Source: the human T2T-CHM13v2.0 reference genome, Homo sapiens. From it: DNA of 64,000 nt. The stretch is taken from the NCBI RefSeq assembly GCF_009914755.1, contig NC_060929.1. One strand, given 5' to 3'. Below, piece by piece: positions 1-13,935 of the stretch. The first letter of the stretch is position 1. Each line of letters begins with the position of its first letter. Below the pieces are notes generated by a model. The model worked only from the letters and a program-made list of their open reading frames with translations, was not told the DNA's origin and made no database searches. The position numbers were made by a program, and so were the translations under genes.

Positions 1-189
1 ACCTCTCCTGCTGCTCAGGAGAAGGGAAATCTGTTTCCAGGGATGACTTAAAATGGGGTAAGAGCTGCTGGGTAGGAAAGCCTAGTATGGAGAGAGTCTC
101 AAGATGTTCTGTAAAAACTGCAAAGTGGGGATTATAGTAACCACACTTTTTATTTCTGTAAATGATCTTTTAACATTTACAAAATAGCT

Positions 190-560
190 ATTAGTTATTA
201 TAAAACCCTGGCTTACCCAAACTATCTGGAGACTTCAGATAACCCCAAACCACATACCTTAACAGTTGCAGTGAACGCAAATTTCACAGGAGTGCCACGT
301 TCAAACATAGCCAGCCAATCCTAAGTCCACATACTCTGCCCTGCCCACCCCTTCCACAGAAACCACAATAATGGTATTTGCTCATCATCCTGTCCCCTCT
401 CTCTGCCTCCTGAAAGACCCTGGTACTTCCTCCTAGTGACCCTGTATGGCCTGCTATGTCCTCCCCAGGGAACTGTGAGTATAATAAAATTGGGAAACTC
501 TTTCCAGTTTCTCTCTCTTGATCTGCATCTGACCTCATCATACCTCTCCCAAGATAATAT
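190..560 (+). mobile_element. Possible old LTR fragment (ERVL-like)
   Basis: CCAAT (~314), C-rich middle and AATAAA (~484) followed by a CT-rich tail, which is an LTR-like layout; family not identified. Confidence 0.3.
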
Positions 561-573
561 GATTAAAACAGGG

Positions 574-1025
<452 letters not shown>

Positions 1026-1234
1026 TCAGAAATGGCAAACACAATGTTTAGTTCAAGTAGCAGGGAACTGAGGCAGAGAACAATTAACATTTAAAAAATA
1101 CTGTTAGGAAGACAAAATAATAGCCGAGTGGACTAAAATTAGTGAAAAGAAACAGGTAAATTAAGCAAATTGGCCATTCAGTGAATTGTCTTTCAGCAAA
1201 TTAACCCATAACGGATATAATTGGTAATAAAGAA

Positions 1235-1640
1235 GGAATGGAATTTAACAAAGATTTAGTAATTGTCCCTGAGGGATGACCTAACAATTGCAAATGTTGG
1301 ATGTCATTGTAAACAAGCCTTTTAAATTTTAAAGATTACTTTTAAAGCAATACAGTGAGTGGTTAGAGTGTAGAGATCATAAATACATACCCACAGGACA
1401 AATAAAAAAAAAACTGTCCTAATGTTACGCAAATGGATTCTAGTGGCTTGGGATAAATTTCCAGTGACAGGATCATGCATGATTCACAAAGTACTGTATC
1501 TCAAACAACTTCAGTGGAAGTGAAGGTGACATGCCTAACAAAACTGCATTAGAGCATTCAAAAAGTGGCTATAGTGATGATGAAGACATGGATGTCAAAG
1601 ATAAATGTGAAGAGCATGAAGAAAAATGAAAGTTAAAAAA
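1235..1640 (+). mobile_element. TcMar (pogo/Tc2, Kanga-like) DNA transposon fossil, C-terminal DDE transposase region
   Basis: Frameshifted translation DLVIVP-GMT*QLQMLDVIVNKPFK..KQYSEWL..PTGQIKK..LRKWILVAWDK-SSDRIMH-FTKYCISNNFSGSE followed by an acidic tail; resembles the pogo/POGK DDE C-terminus. Confidence 0.75.
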
Positions 1641-1829
1641 AAGAAAAAGGTCTTTAAATGCACATTATTTTATCTAGCGTAATTTTAAACATCAGCACAC
1701 CTAAATTAAATATAACAACTATGCTCTTGGCTGTTTTATCTATATCTCTTAATGTTTATTTATTCAAGTTTGAAAAACAAGTTGTTCCATCTTCTCATAA
1801 GGAAACCAGAAGATTAAGGTCACTTTATG

Positions 1830-2700
1830 GATAGGGCTTACAGTAAGCAGGTAGTAGGAAATGATCAGAGTCATGTGATTCCAAATGACAAAGAACATGA
1901 CTTGACCTTGGAATCTAGGAAAGCTCTCTGAAGAAATGCTACTTAAGGGCTGACAAGATCAAAGGGGAAAAGGAAGGCTGTTCCAGAACAAGTAACTAGC
2001 AGGCACAGAGTCCTGGGGCAGAAAGAGGCCCGCGCTGGGAACTGAAAGCAGGTTGTGGAGCAAAGGGAAAGAAGGGGAGTGTGGAGCAAGATGAAGCTGG
2101 AGGCATTTCAGAGCCATGAGAGATGCTAATCATTTTGTCTTCATGTAAGAGTGAAAAGAAGCTAATAAAGAGGTAGTGATTGCAAGTGGACCAAACATGA
2201 GATGTTGGCAAGTTAGTAGATGATGGCCAGATCCCAGATCACACAGTGCCCTGCAGGCCACAGAAAGAATTTAATGTGGTTTGGTTTTGGCTTTAGTTTT
2301 GGTTATTGTGTTTTGTTTTGCTTAAGTGTGATGGGAGCCACCACCGCAAGGTCGCAGTGAAATGATCTGACTTACATTTTAAAAGCAACAATCCAGTTGC
2401 TGGATTGAATGGCAAAAGGGAAGGATAAAAAAGGGGAAGATAATTGAGAGGTTATCACCCTGGTCCTGTATTACAGGCAGAGGCTGGCTGCATGGGGGTA
2501 GCAACAGAAATGAAGACAAGTAAATGCAGTGAAGAGAGGGAGGGAGGATTTACAGATGCCTCTTAAGATTTCTGCATTACCAGGATGCTTGTGCATGTCA
2601 CTGAGATAGGGAACACTGGGAAACAACCAGCTTCGAGGTGGAGAAAATCATGAGAGGTCAGAGCGTAACTGAGCGTAACTGAGGTGGAGTGAGACTTCCT
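1830..2700 (-). mobile_element. L2 LINE fragments
   Basis: Purine-rich antisense L2 motifs, e.g. GAAATGATCTGACTTACATTTTAAAAG, TCACTGAGATAGGGAACACTGG, AGATGAAGCTGGAG. Confidence 0.7.
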
Positions 2701-4150
2701 TCCTCCGTGCCCGTCTTTCAGTGGCAGATGGACAATAGCATGTTAATGTCCTATATATTACAGGTATGGAGACTTTCATTTTCCATGTACCTCATAAACA
2801 AAGGAAAGTTCCAGGACACATGGTAGAATCACCCAATTTGCTCCATGGGAGGTGGGGTTTACTGTAATTTTCACCTCATGTTTGGAAAAGAAGGAGATAT
2901 TTACCATTTCTTGTAAGTATACTGAAAGAAGCCTTGTGGTCATGACCATGCAATAGTGCTTTATTGGACACTTGTGGATCAAGGATCTGAACCGAAAACA
3001 GAATCCAGGGAAAGGTGCTGATGATCCTAAAAACTCCTGATGACCCTAAAAACTATCTTTTTTCAGAATAGAAGGCTAGTTTTGATACAGAAATCAAGAG
3101 CATGGGAAGGAAACTTCTGTTTGTTTGTCACCTGCTCTGCTGGCTTCTCATATGGTTCAATATTTCTCCTCCATTAGGAATACTGTAAGATGACGCCTTG
3201 GGAGCAGATGGAGAATGTCTTTGTCTGCAACACTGAAGCCACAGAGCAGTAAGCCAACACTAACACTGGGGACAACCATCCACATCTGTGTCACTCCCAC
3301 AGATGCTGAGAAGACAACTCCCAATATGGGGCAAATGCATGGACTTGGGAAATGTCCTTTCTTGTGGGAGAAGAAAAAGAGAAAGTACACTTCTGACACA
3401 TTCAGCAAACAGGGAGTTAAGCATACTGGGCCGCCTTCCCTAATGTGTGTGTAGTGACACAGTCAAGGAGGTCACCATGGATACATCTGGCTGCATCTGC
3501 CTGAGTTATTTGTATTGAACAGATTGCTACAGGGTGTTTTTTTTCTGGTCCCATTATGTGCATGTAATGCCAATTAAATAACAGAAATGAAAATTAAAAA
3601 AGAAAATATCTGCCCCTGCTGGGTTTAATCTCATTAGCGCAAAGTCAAATGATTAGTCCCAAAAAAAAAGGCTCCAACAGGCAGCAAAGACAGCAGTAAA
3701 GCTGCAAGTATCTTTTGCATCACACCGAGAAAATGAATCAGAATTGCTCACTCAGTTGAAGACACCAGAGCCTTTCCTATCATAAGACCATGTTATGGCT
3801 TGAGGACTATTGAGTTGGGTCTCTACCTGAATGAACAACAGGGAGACTACCATAGCACATCCCAAACTTCAAATTAATAATAAAAAAAATTGCTACGTCA
3901 GCCATTTTAAGGACAGGTGTCGTGTTTCCTTGGGTGGATTGTAAAACTTGGCAGATGTTTACTTTATAGTGCTCTAAGACTAACATAATCTTTAAGCATC
4001 AGATTATTTTTCAGATTAATCAAACCTTCCAGCTATAATGTTGCCACCAGAACTGAGCAGCTCTCGATTAAAATGCTAAATAGAAGAGTCTGCCCAATTT
4101 CAGGCTCAAAGTTCATTTAAAATGAAGGGCTTCAGCAGCTTAGAAGTACA

Positions 4151-4162
4151 CCAGCAGGGGGC
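4151..4162 (+). promoter_or_regulatory. Candidate CTCF site
   Basis: CCAGCAGGGGGC matches the core CCASYAGRKGGC; motif only, no binding data. Confidence 0.35.
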
Positions 4163-4742
4163 TTATCCTCAGCTAAGCCTCAGGTGGAAAACACCAAGTG
4201 TTCCCTCCCTTCAGAAAGTTTGAGAAATATCAGCTACAGCTACAGGATATTCCAAGGAGAAGACCTGAAATGGCCAGCTGTGTAAAAATGACCAAGCCCA
4301 GGTTTTCCTCAGGGACTCACTGACATTTACTTTCAAAGTACTTTATCCCCTTTTCTCATTTTACCTTCACCCTGAAAAGCAGAGAAAACAGAAATCATGT
4401 CAATATTTTAGGTGAAGAAAGCAAGGTACAGATGAGAAACCCAGTTCTCCTGACCATCTTTTAGTTAATTGCTCCACCAAGCCCTCCAGGGGCCAGTCAA
4501 AAGGAACCAGGCACAGACACATAATCATCTATCTTGAAAAAACTTCAGCTGGGATGAGGCATGCACCATGCCTCATATGGTGCTATAAAATGACTTACTT
4601 TGCCTGCCCAGGATGGAGACAACTGGACATTTTCCCAGCCCCTAACCAGTGAAAAGTAATCTTCCAGATTAAGCAGTCTTTAACAGAGGTCCAGAGTTAG
4701 ACCTCAGGAGGCCTCTGAATCACCTTACATAATATGCAAACA

Positions 4743-4781
4743 TGTGTGTTTGTGTGTGTGTGTGTGTGTATGTGTGTGTGT
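4743..4781 (+). repeat. (TG)n microsatellite, interrupted
   Basis: Direct reading. Confidence 0.95.
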
Positions 4782-4984
4782 ACATGACTTCTGAGAGAAT
4801 GTAAAACTTTCATCAGATATTGTACCTCTCTGACCTATAAAAAGTTGAGTCCTGATCTCTACAGATGAAGAGACCCACACTTATTTTGAAAAGGCTAAAA
4901 AGAAAGCCAGAGCTGCCTACATGAGTGTGGGTAGTCTCTATTCAAAGCAATGGAGACCCCATGAGACAGGACATTCTCAAGGAG

Positions 4985-5245
4985 AGGCAATGCTCTGGAA
5001 TGGGAAGATCATAGGATTTTGGATTCAGATAGATATAGGTTTGCAATATTAACCATGTGGTCTTCATCAAGTTACTAAACATGTCTTATGTTCAGTTTCC
5101 TCCCCCATAAAATTTTTAAAAATGAAAATATTTAAAATAATGTAAATAATCAGTCCCAACTTTCAGGGTTGTTGCAAGGATTCAGTGATGAATCAGCGAT
5201 AAATCAAGTCCCTGACAAATGGAAGATTTGCAATAAATGTTGGTT
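4985..5245 (+). mobile_element. MIR SINE
   Basis: CAAGTTACTAAAC..TTCAGTTTCCTCCCCCATAAAAT..AGGGTTGTTGCAAGGATT..CAATAAATGTTGG core. Confidence 0.75.
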
Positions 5246-7829
5246 TACTTCTCCTATTTGGCATCCTTGAGAAAGAATAAGAATAAAACCAAAATACAGA
5301 TTTGACTCTGCCTGGCAAGCAATCAAGAGAAGAGGATCAACATGTGGCCTGACCAGAGAAAAGAGAAGAGATATGCAAGAACTTCACAAAATGAGTTAAG
5401 AACAGGGCATGGCGCCACATGTTCTTGGGCCAGCCCCAGCAGATGGGATCCTGGACAGCAGGACTCAAACCCAAACTTTGGGACTTCAGTCCAACCCTCT
5501 TCCCACGTTTCCTCCATAAATCCTGCTTCCACATGCCTCTGTTGTTTCAGTTTTGCATTCTCTCCCTCTCCATTTAATGATAGGGCTAAAAATAGTTTGC
5601 AATTAAATACACAAATCTATTAACTTGAAACAAAAAAGGTAATGTGCTTATAGAAAATAATTTCTATATCACAAGCCAACTGTCAAAGCAAAATGAATGA
5701 GCCAGCAAAGAGGTCATTTGCACCTGTAAATAATTCTACATGGAATTGCCAATGTACAGTGATGGAAACACTGTCAGGGCAGAGGGGGACTCTATGCTGA
5801 AAACATACATGACAGGTATCCTTCCTCCCCACTCCAATTTTGGTGGCTGTTGGTCATCTAAACAGTACATTCCAACATGTTCTGCTCTCTGTGCCCTGGA
5901 TTTTGTAGGATAATTCTTATTTTACATGGTGTAACAGTCCCCTTGCCAGAGTAGCGGAAGCTAGAAGGCCCTTGACATTCATTGGTCCTTAGAGCAACTG
6001 AAGGTCAGAAGCCTGCCCCTGGGTGGGTGTGACAATGAGAAACTCTCACCTTGGCCAGGGGAGGAGAGATAGTGGAGGGCATGACCAGGAGCCCCAGCTT
6101 CATGGCTTCTGAAGAGTGTAAACTAGGGTATGCACTGAAATACAGACCAACATGTGTCTTCACGCACACTGGCACGTCCCTGCACACTCTTGGGCAAATA
6201 TTTTATTTGTCTTTCACAAGATAACTAACACACAATGCTACAAATTATAAAGTTTTTTTAAATAAATCAAATAATGATATGGTTCTCCCTTTTCTTCCTT
6301 TTGCAATATTCTCATGGTGATGTGTTTTAACTTATGCATGTTTATATACTTTACTTCATCTGTACATTTCTTTAAACATTTCTTACTGAAAACAAGCAAA
6401 TTAGCCCATCAGTGGAACAAAAAACTGTGTTTAATCATTATACATATAAAAATGAATATTAATATATAGTGATAAAAATTTTATATTTATATTATATGTA
6501 AAAATATAGACATACAAAATATATACATAAATTAATGTATTCTTAAAAATCCAGTCAACATTGAATGCCCTGGCTTATTCAATAAAAAAAGTAATAGCTA
6601 AGGTGCCTAGATTTATTAGAAGCTGCATGAGAGTTACTCACATTGTTTCCTAAATACATATTGATCCTTACCTCTTCCAGCTCATACAAATGCATGGACA
6701 CACGCCTACCCTGGAATTAAAGTGACCCCAAGATGGCCAGAGTGAGTACCATTGCTCATTTCTCTGGTGACTGTCAGAGAATGAAACAGCAGAGGGACAG
6801 AGCCTAAGGAGATTTGAATTGACTGGAAAAGATGAGTCTAAAAGCACTGGGTTCACCAAGATCAGGGGTGGGGACAGGAGGCAGAATGGAAGGCAGGGGC
6901 TTAGACCCAGGCTCCTCCTGGCAGGTAGAAAACTGACAGAAACCACAAGGCAGAGAGAAAAGAATGAAGGGTAGCCATGTTCCCTGTCTTCACACAGCCT
7001 CTCACAGTGGTGTGGCCTGGACACCACGTTTCCTTCTCCTTTCTCAGGCTGCCCTATTCTTGGTACTCTGATATATTTGGATATTTTCTGGCTGGTGAGA
7101 CTGAGAGAAATTCGTCCTCTTCTCAATTTTGTTTTGTTTTGTTTTTCAACACAGTACTCAGAAAGTTCCCATTGGATCTATTCTGGTGCCTGAAACTTGG
7201 AAAATTTGACATGCCATGCTTATTGATTTGGAAATAGATATTGTGAAGGTAAGTGACAGTGATAAGCTAATATTTTCTACCTTGCACATAGCAGGTGCTA
7301 AGGAAATATTTACAGTCCTGGTGGGATGGGAGTTAGTTCTTGTATCATCAGAACATTCTGACATCAGTTCAATTACAATCTATGTGAAGCCAAGGAGGAT
7401 CCTTTAGATCCTATATTAAATTTTTCAATAGAAATTCCACAGTCAGCAAATTTGCCTCCAACAAGAAAATGATTGTGTCACATTTGTTCAGTCATGTGGT
7501 AGCAGAGAACAATAACGTCTCTGTATACAACTTTGAAATGACCCCCCAGGAAACGCCAGTGCAATTGGAGGACTCAGACTTCAAATCGACACCGAATCCC
7601 TTTTAGAAAGAGGCAGTAAATCATATACAAAGTAAATAAAGAGAAATTTATCCAACATATAGCATTTGGAAAAGAAGTGGATCTTGGGAATTAGCCTAGG
7701 CTAAGGAATGATAATCACTCTATGATCACTAAAAATGTTTCTGGGGTTACACAATCAAGCAGTCACTGACAGACATGAAGTTTGGTGGCCCTTGGTATGA
7801 TACAATAGCAAATGGCTAAGGTTGGAGAT

Positions 7830-8110
7830 AATGACAATACAACCACAAGCACCTTTTGAGCACATGCTCTACACCAGGAACACACAGGATAATTTTCAAT
7901 ACATGTTAAACATGTATTAGATATGCAACTCGAGTTATTATTAACTTATTTAGTCCTCACAACAACTTTAAGAGCTAGATACCTTTTAAGGCACAGAGAG
8001 GTTAAGTAACACGGCCAAGGTCATACAGCTAATAAATGTCAGAGCCAGGACTCAAATCAATCTGGCTGTCTGATCCCAGAGGTATACCTTTATTCATTCT
8101 ATGCTATCTT
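7830..8110 (-). mobile_element. MIR SINE
   Basis: AGGCACAGAGAGGTTAAGTAACACGGCCAAGGTCATACAGCTA..AGAGCCAGGACTCAAA antisense core. Confidence 0.85.
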
Positions 8111-10819
8111 GGGGATGTGTGTTAATAGCAAACTTGCATTTAAATACAATTTAGCATGTATGATCCTGTTGATTCTTATAAAGCAATCCTTTCAGAGGAT
8201 AAACTGTGAATAACTTTAAAGAAACTGCTTTTAAAAAAATCTTATTTCCTAGTCCTGTTTATTCTTCCCATGAGCACCATCTTCCAGAAGAGGAACATTG
8301 GAAATAACCATACATCAGACACCTGAAGCAATGGCCTCAGAATATACAGTATTAAGTAATCTCAAGGTGGGTTAGTACTCAAACGTTTAATGTTTCATCA
8401 CCAGCAACTTTAGCCTCTATATAACCCTCCTTGGAAGAAATACAAACATTTATTCTCCTGAAAGTATAAAGTATTACATTTAACATGTATTGAATATAGC
8501 CCCATTTTATTCTGCATTCCTTTCATCTGCAACAATCAACTGGAAGTATAAAATGCATGTGCTCACTAGGGAACTGAAGAAAATTAATTCCCAGCAAATT
8601 TTGTCAATGACTGTCACTCACTTTCTTGCTTAAAGGATTGTTCTGTTGCTGCACAGACATATCATTAAGTGTTGCTGTGAAAGAAGATAGATAACACATT
8701 TCTATTTTGCAGGACTCAAGTCTAAAGGGAAATCAGATCTTGCTTAGTATTGTCATAGTTGCATAATTGCCCTTAAAATCCAGCTGTGAGTCGTGTTCCT
8801 ACACATAGTTACGTGTGACCCAAGTCTTTTCTGAGCTGAGTACATGAATACCCTCTTCTCTGGCTCAATTATGTGACAGCTGCTCACAGGCTCTGTCGTT
8901 GTAACCACTTCAGTTCATTTGTTTCACAGAAAGCACAATATCTTTGATCAGACTAAATCACTCCTAGAAATATTCTCCTTGAGGGCAGGAAATCTAGAGT
9001 TTACTTTATGGATCTTAGGATGTTATGTAAATACTATACACTCAATAACTAACGACTGAATGAATAAATTGTTTAACTCTACTACCCGTGGGTTGATAAT
9101 CTATCATTTCTTTCTAAAAGTCCATGGCACTGCAGCAAATTTGTGTTATGCTTCAGTGCATCCCTATATTTTTCTTGCCCAGTGATGCTTTGCTAAGCAT
9201 AAGACAAGGGGCACAAAGTGCTTCATTTCAGTCTGCCATATGACAGGCGCTTAAAAATATTATCCAGGAGTAGATGAGCAAAGACAGTCATCTAATTATA
9301 TGATTTGTTTTATAATGACCACTCTAAGTCCTCTGTTCCAGCTAGCCCTCAAGATGTGAATTCAACTTTCATTCAAGTCTAACTCTCCCAGATTGACCAG
9401 GCAAGAATAAAAATATCACAAAGGAACTAAATCCTCAGCTATGACGGACAGTCTTGGCTACCAAATTCAGGAAATAAATTTTGACTGCAAATGTTTCAAG
9501 GTACCCAAGAGAGAGTCTGCTGAGGCAGACGGGACACCATGGGAGGGAAGAGTAGTCATAAAGGAAAGGCACTTGGCACATAAGAAACAGATGGGCCCGG
9601 ACATTCTCTACCTTCAATTTTTGTTCAGCTGAACACAGAGAATTTTGTAGTGTCATCCTAATCACAGTAAATCCAGAGCTTGTGAACATCACAAAGGATA
9701 CATTAAACTGTTTAGCTGTTTCATTAAAAATAAGGGGTTGCACTCAATAAAACACCCCAGAAAACGGCAATGATTTTGATTTAATCTAAAAGGTTGTTGT
9801 CATGGTGCATACCCAATTATTAATTAATTATCTACAAACAAATCCAGAATTACTATCATTATCCCAAACACCTATTACATTGTAACTACAAACTCAAACA
9901 CAAATTTGGTCACGAAAATCTGCATAAATACCGAATACGCACTTCAGGAATTCAGTCTCAGAAATTTTATTCTAAAAGTCTGAACATCACATATATTTCT
10001 GGGAGATTAAATTTCATATATCAATAAATTATTGAGGCACAATCTCTACCTTTCCCAGAATTCAGAATAAAATGAAAGCAGAAGAAAACTTTTGACTATA
10101 CAATTTCAGGCCCTGCTCTACCCAACAGAAGTACCACATTCATTCAGGAAATGCAAAAGGAAATGGTTTGATATTAACCCATCAAGCAAGCTTCAAGTAA
10201 TCCATCTGGACATCAATACATTACTTGCCTACAACAGGCACACCATTCTGAGTTTTTGGTTTAAGTGTATTCACCATAATGAATAGGGAAAATGTCAACA
10301 ATCTGAGGAGTCTCCTTTTTCTCTTCCCATGTCTATAAGAATTAGGGGAAATCACCTGAGACAGGAATTCTATCTGAGTCTGAACTCTTAAGGGTGGATC
10401 CATAGAGGAACATTGATCCCAGTATTTGACTGAGGGTAGCAGCAACTCACCTAACAATGCCGTCAGCAAGAGGAAAGCTGAACAGTTAATTACCAGTCTG
10501 GCTTCTGAACCTAAGGGGAATCTTAATAGACAGAACTAATTAAAATCAATACTCATATGGTAGTTGTGAAAAGGAAAAAAGGCTCAAGATAAATTTTTAA
10601 ATGGAGAAAAATGACCAATCTCAGTTCTTATGTCAACCTTGCTATCTGGCTCTCCAACAAATGTTTGCCCACAAGTCATCTTTCTGGGAAGGCCTAAGCA
10701 CTTGAAGGAAAAGAGAGCGTATACAAAGAAGCCCACATAAAGTGTTTCCTGAGCCCTAGGTAGTGTGGTCAGAGACACTGCATTTGTGAAGACAGAGTCA
10801 TGCTCACATTAAATATTCT

Positions 10820-10955
10820 GATGCCAGAAAGTGAGAAAATTTGGTTTTAATTCTGACTATGTGACCTTGAGAAATTTAATCTCTCTAGGCCCCAGTTTTT
10901 TATCTGTAACATTAAAAAAAAATGATCTCTAAGATTCCTTCAGTTGTGTGATACC
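10820..10955 (+). mobile_element. MIR (MIR3/MIRc-like) fragment
   Basis: TATGTGACCTTGAG..AATCTCTCTAGGCCCCAGTTTT..ATCTGTAA..TGATCTCTAAGATTCCTTC. Confidence 0.65.
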
Positions 10956-11570
10956 ATATACTGTATCTCAGAGATGCAGATGGGAGCCAAGAATATATAA
11001 ATTCAAATATATAAGTGCAAATAATAGGCATCACATTAAAAATATAATGTTTATATTTCTGATTTTCCTTTAAAACAGAAAGAGTGTGTCATATCATGTT
11101 CTTCATTCATAGCTTCCCATACTAATGCATAACCTCCAAGAGATATGTGGGGTTTTTTTTTTTCATTTCAAAATATCTTTTGCAAAGTGATAAATGAAAG
11201 CATAAAATCATGCCCAAACTTGATTATCACACTGTATTCTGGATTTTCTTCAGATGTTGTAGTAATGTTCATTAAGGGCAGATTCTGGTAGAAGACAAAT
11301 CTTCTCAATTTAGGCAAAATTGTCCCAGCACAAGATTCCAATGTGACTGAAATAACATTTGAATTTTTTTTTAACTTAATAATGTGTACTGATGCCAGCC
11401 AAGGACAGTTCTCCATGACCATATAACAGGATGATAAGAAATGAAATTGATGCATGCATGGTAGCTACGGGTGGCGGGGGGTGGGGAAGAAAGGTTTGTT
11501 TGTTGTTTGTTTTTAATGTATTACTCAGTTTTAAACTGTTAAATTTTTTACTTAAAAAATACTCATGGGG

Positions 11571-11863
11571 GGTCGGGCATGATTGCTCATGCCTGTAATC
11601 CCAGCACTTTGGGAGGCTGAGGCAGGTGGATCACAAGGTCAAGAGACTGAGACCACCCCGTCCAACATGGTGAAACCCCATCTCTACTAAAAATACAAAA
11701 ATTAGCTGAGTGTGGTGGTGGATGCCTGTAGTCCCATCTACTCGGGAGGCTGAGGCAGGAAAATCGCTTGAACCTGGAGGCAGAGGTTGCAGTGAGCTGA
11801 GATTGTGCCACTGCATTCCAGCCTGGTGACAGAGCAAGACTCCATCTCAAAAAAAAAAAAAAA
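11571..11863 (+). mobile_element. AluSc, full length, with TSD
   Basis: GGTCAAGAG and CCTGGTGACAGAGC diagnostics; TSD AAAAAATACTC(A/T)TGG at 11554-11568 and 11858-11872. Confidence 0.95.
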
Positions 11864-12598
11864 TACTCTTGGTAAAATATTCAAATAGTACTAAAAGAAA
11901 CACAGTGAACAGTTAAGTCTTCTTCCAACTTCTGTCCCCTAAAATCCTCTCCCAGGGGCAGCAGGTAACATTAGTTTCTCATGTAGCCTTTCAGGGGTAC
12001 ACTACGCATATACAAATGATGCATATATAGGGACTCTCTCTTTTTAAAACACAAATTTAGCATACTTTACACATTGTTCTGCATATTCTTTTTCAACTTT
12101 AACATATATCACAGATAGTGTGACTTATCATTACATGCCTCATTATTTTAAAGGCATGTATTTAATTTTATGGATAGACATACTTTACATAATCAGTTCC
12201 ATACTGATGGGCATTTAAGTTGTCTCCAATCTTTTGCTATTACAAGCACTCATTAAATAAATATCCTGGGACATACTTCTCTGTGCATTTGTGAATGTAT
12301 CTGTGGGATACATCACAAAGATAGAATTGCTGGGCTATGCGTGTGTGCATTTGTAATATTAAGAGATACGGCAAAATGTCTTGTGGAAAAATTATATCAA
12401 CTTACATTCTCAAAACTGAAGGATAAGTTTGCTGTTTCCCACATCTCTACCAATAGGGTCTAGTATCTTTCTCAAAATCTTTTACCTATGTGGGGGATAA
12501 AAAAAGTAATCTCTTGTCATTGTTTTATTTTGAAATACAGTTATTATGAGAATAGTTGTCCATCTCTTCATGTGTTTCATATCACTGTTAAAGTTAAC

Positions 12599-12989
12599 AG
12601 TGATGGCCATAAGATTATGTCTTGCAGACCTCCAACTACAAGGGGCACAACTGACCAAGAGTCCTAGTTGCTGTCCTCTGCTCCCTGCCCATTACTGAGC
12701 ATGGCAGAGATATTAGGCAGGCCCATTCCTGAGAGACACAAGACTCCTCAGAGGGTTACATTGGCTCAAGGGTCCTCAACAACCTCGCAGAAGTTTCCTT
12801 AGACTGTACCCTTGGTCTGAAATGCTTTTACTCAATGTTCCTTCCCTCTCTCTTTCACTTAGGGTCAGATTTGCATCGTGGTCTAAGAACCTTCCCAGCC
12901 TTTAACAGATTCCTCCCCATTTCCTCTCAATTCCCCTTGCACATTTAATCCCCTATTGGCATCTATTTCTCACTAGACCCAGACTAACA
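12599..12989 (+). mobile_element. LTR16-type ERVL solo LTR
   Basis: GCAGGCCCATTCCTG, GGGTCAGATTTGCATCGTGGTCT and terminal GGCATCTATTTCTC..GACCCAGACTAACA. Confidence 0.75.
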
Positions 12990-13199
12990 ACACATTAGCT
13001 GTTCTTTGCTCATCATTTTATTGTCCCATTGCATGTTTCCTTGTTGATTTATAGGCATTCCTAATATAATAATGATTGGGACCTTTTCTGTCACATGTGT
13101 TGCAATTATCTTTCCTTAGTCGGTTTAAATCTTTGGCTTACTTTGTGATGTCCTTCCCATTTAGAAACATCTCTAGAATTTCTAGGTGATGCATGGGAA

Positions 13200-13935
13200 T
13201 CTCTGTATAAGATGTGGGTATAACTCTTCTCGATCTGGAGATCTAGACAGTAAGTTGTAGGCCCAACTCACACCAATATACAAAAGTGAAATATGAGGAA
13301 GTGTGGGAGACCCACAGCAGTCACTGGCCTGCAGCCATCCTAAAATTCCTCTGAGTGGGCACAGCAAAGGTCCTCCACCCCAGGGGTGGAGAATGCTCCT
13401 TAAATAGGCTGCAGTTTTGCTGTATGGGAGAAGCTCTCCAAACATCACTGTCCATAGCCCTTGACTCCCACCCTCTAGACACTTTTTTTTTCTTTTCTAT
13501 TGTCTTTAATACAGATCTCTAATACAGATGTTGAAGAACATGCCCTCAATGAAGGCTGAGAAACTTTATTGATCTACTTCTGACCAAAAGTCATTTTAGG
13601 TCTTCAATAGTCGATTTCTCTTAGTTCAGGCTACTGGGTCTTATGACAATACAACTCTCCTGAAAACTTAACTTTGTGGCTATTTGAGGCCTGTAGCCTC
13701 CTTGTGCCAGCAGCTATGCTCATGGTTCTCTCCTAGATACACTTAGATTTGCTGTATTTCTTTGCTTTCCCATCCCCATGCCTCCACTTCATTTTCTCCG
13801 CCTCTCTCTCTCTCACTGTCCCCCCACTCTCTCTCTCTGCATATATATATATATATATACACACACATATGTATTTATATGTGTATGTGTGTGTATGTGT
13901 GTGTGTCTATATATGTGTGTATATATATAGACACA

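Larger units (their letters stand above)
11500..13180 (-). mobile_element. Old L1ME-type 3' region, interrupted by an AluSc and an LTR16
   Basis: Antisense L1M 3' motifs: TGATGGGCATTTAAGTTGTCTCCAATCTTTTGCTATTACAA, AGAATTGCTGGG, TGTGTTGCAATTATCTTTCC. Confidence 0.75.

Noticed and set aside
6668-7126. 152-aa minus-strand ORF, the longest outside repeats
   Set aside because: Non-ATG start in the track, low-complexity Leu/Ser/Pro composition, no recognisable domain
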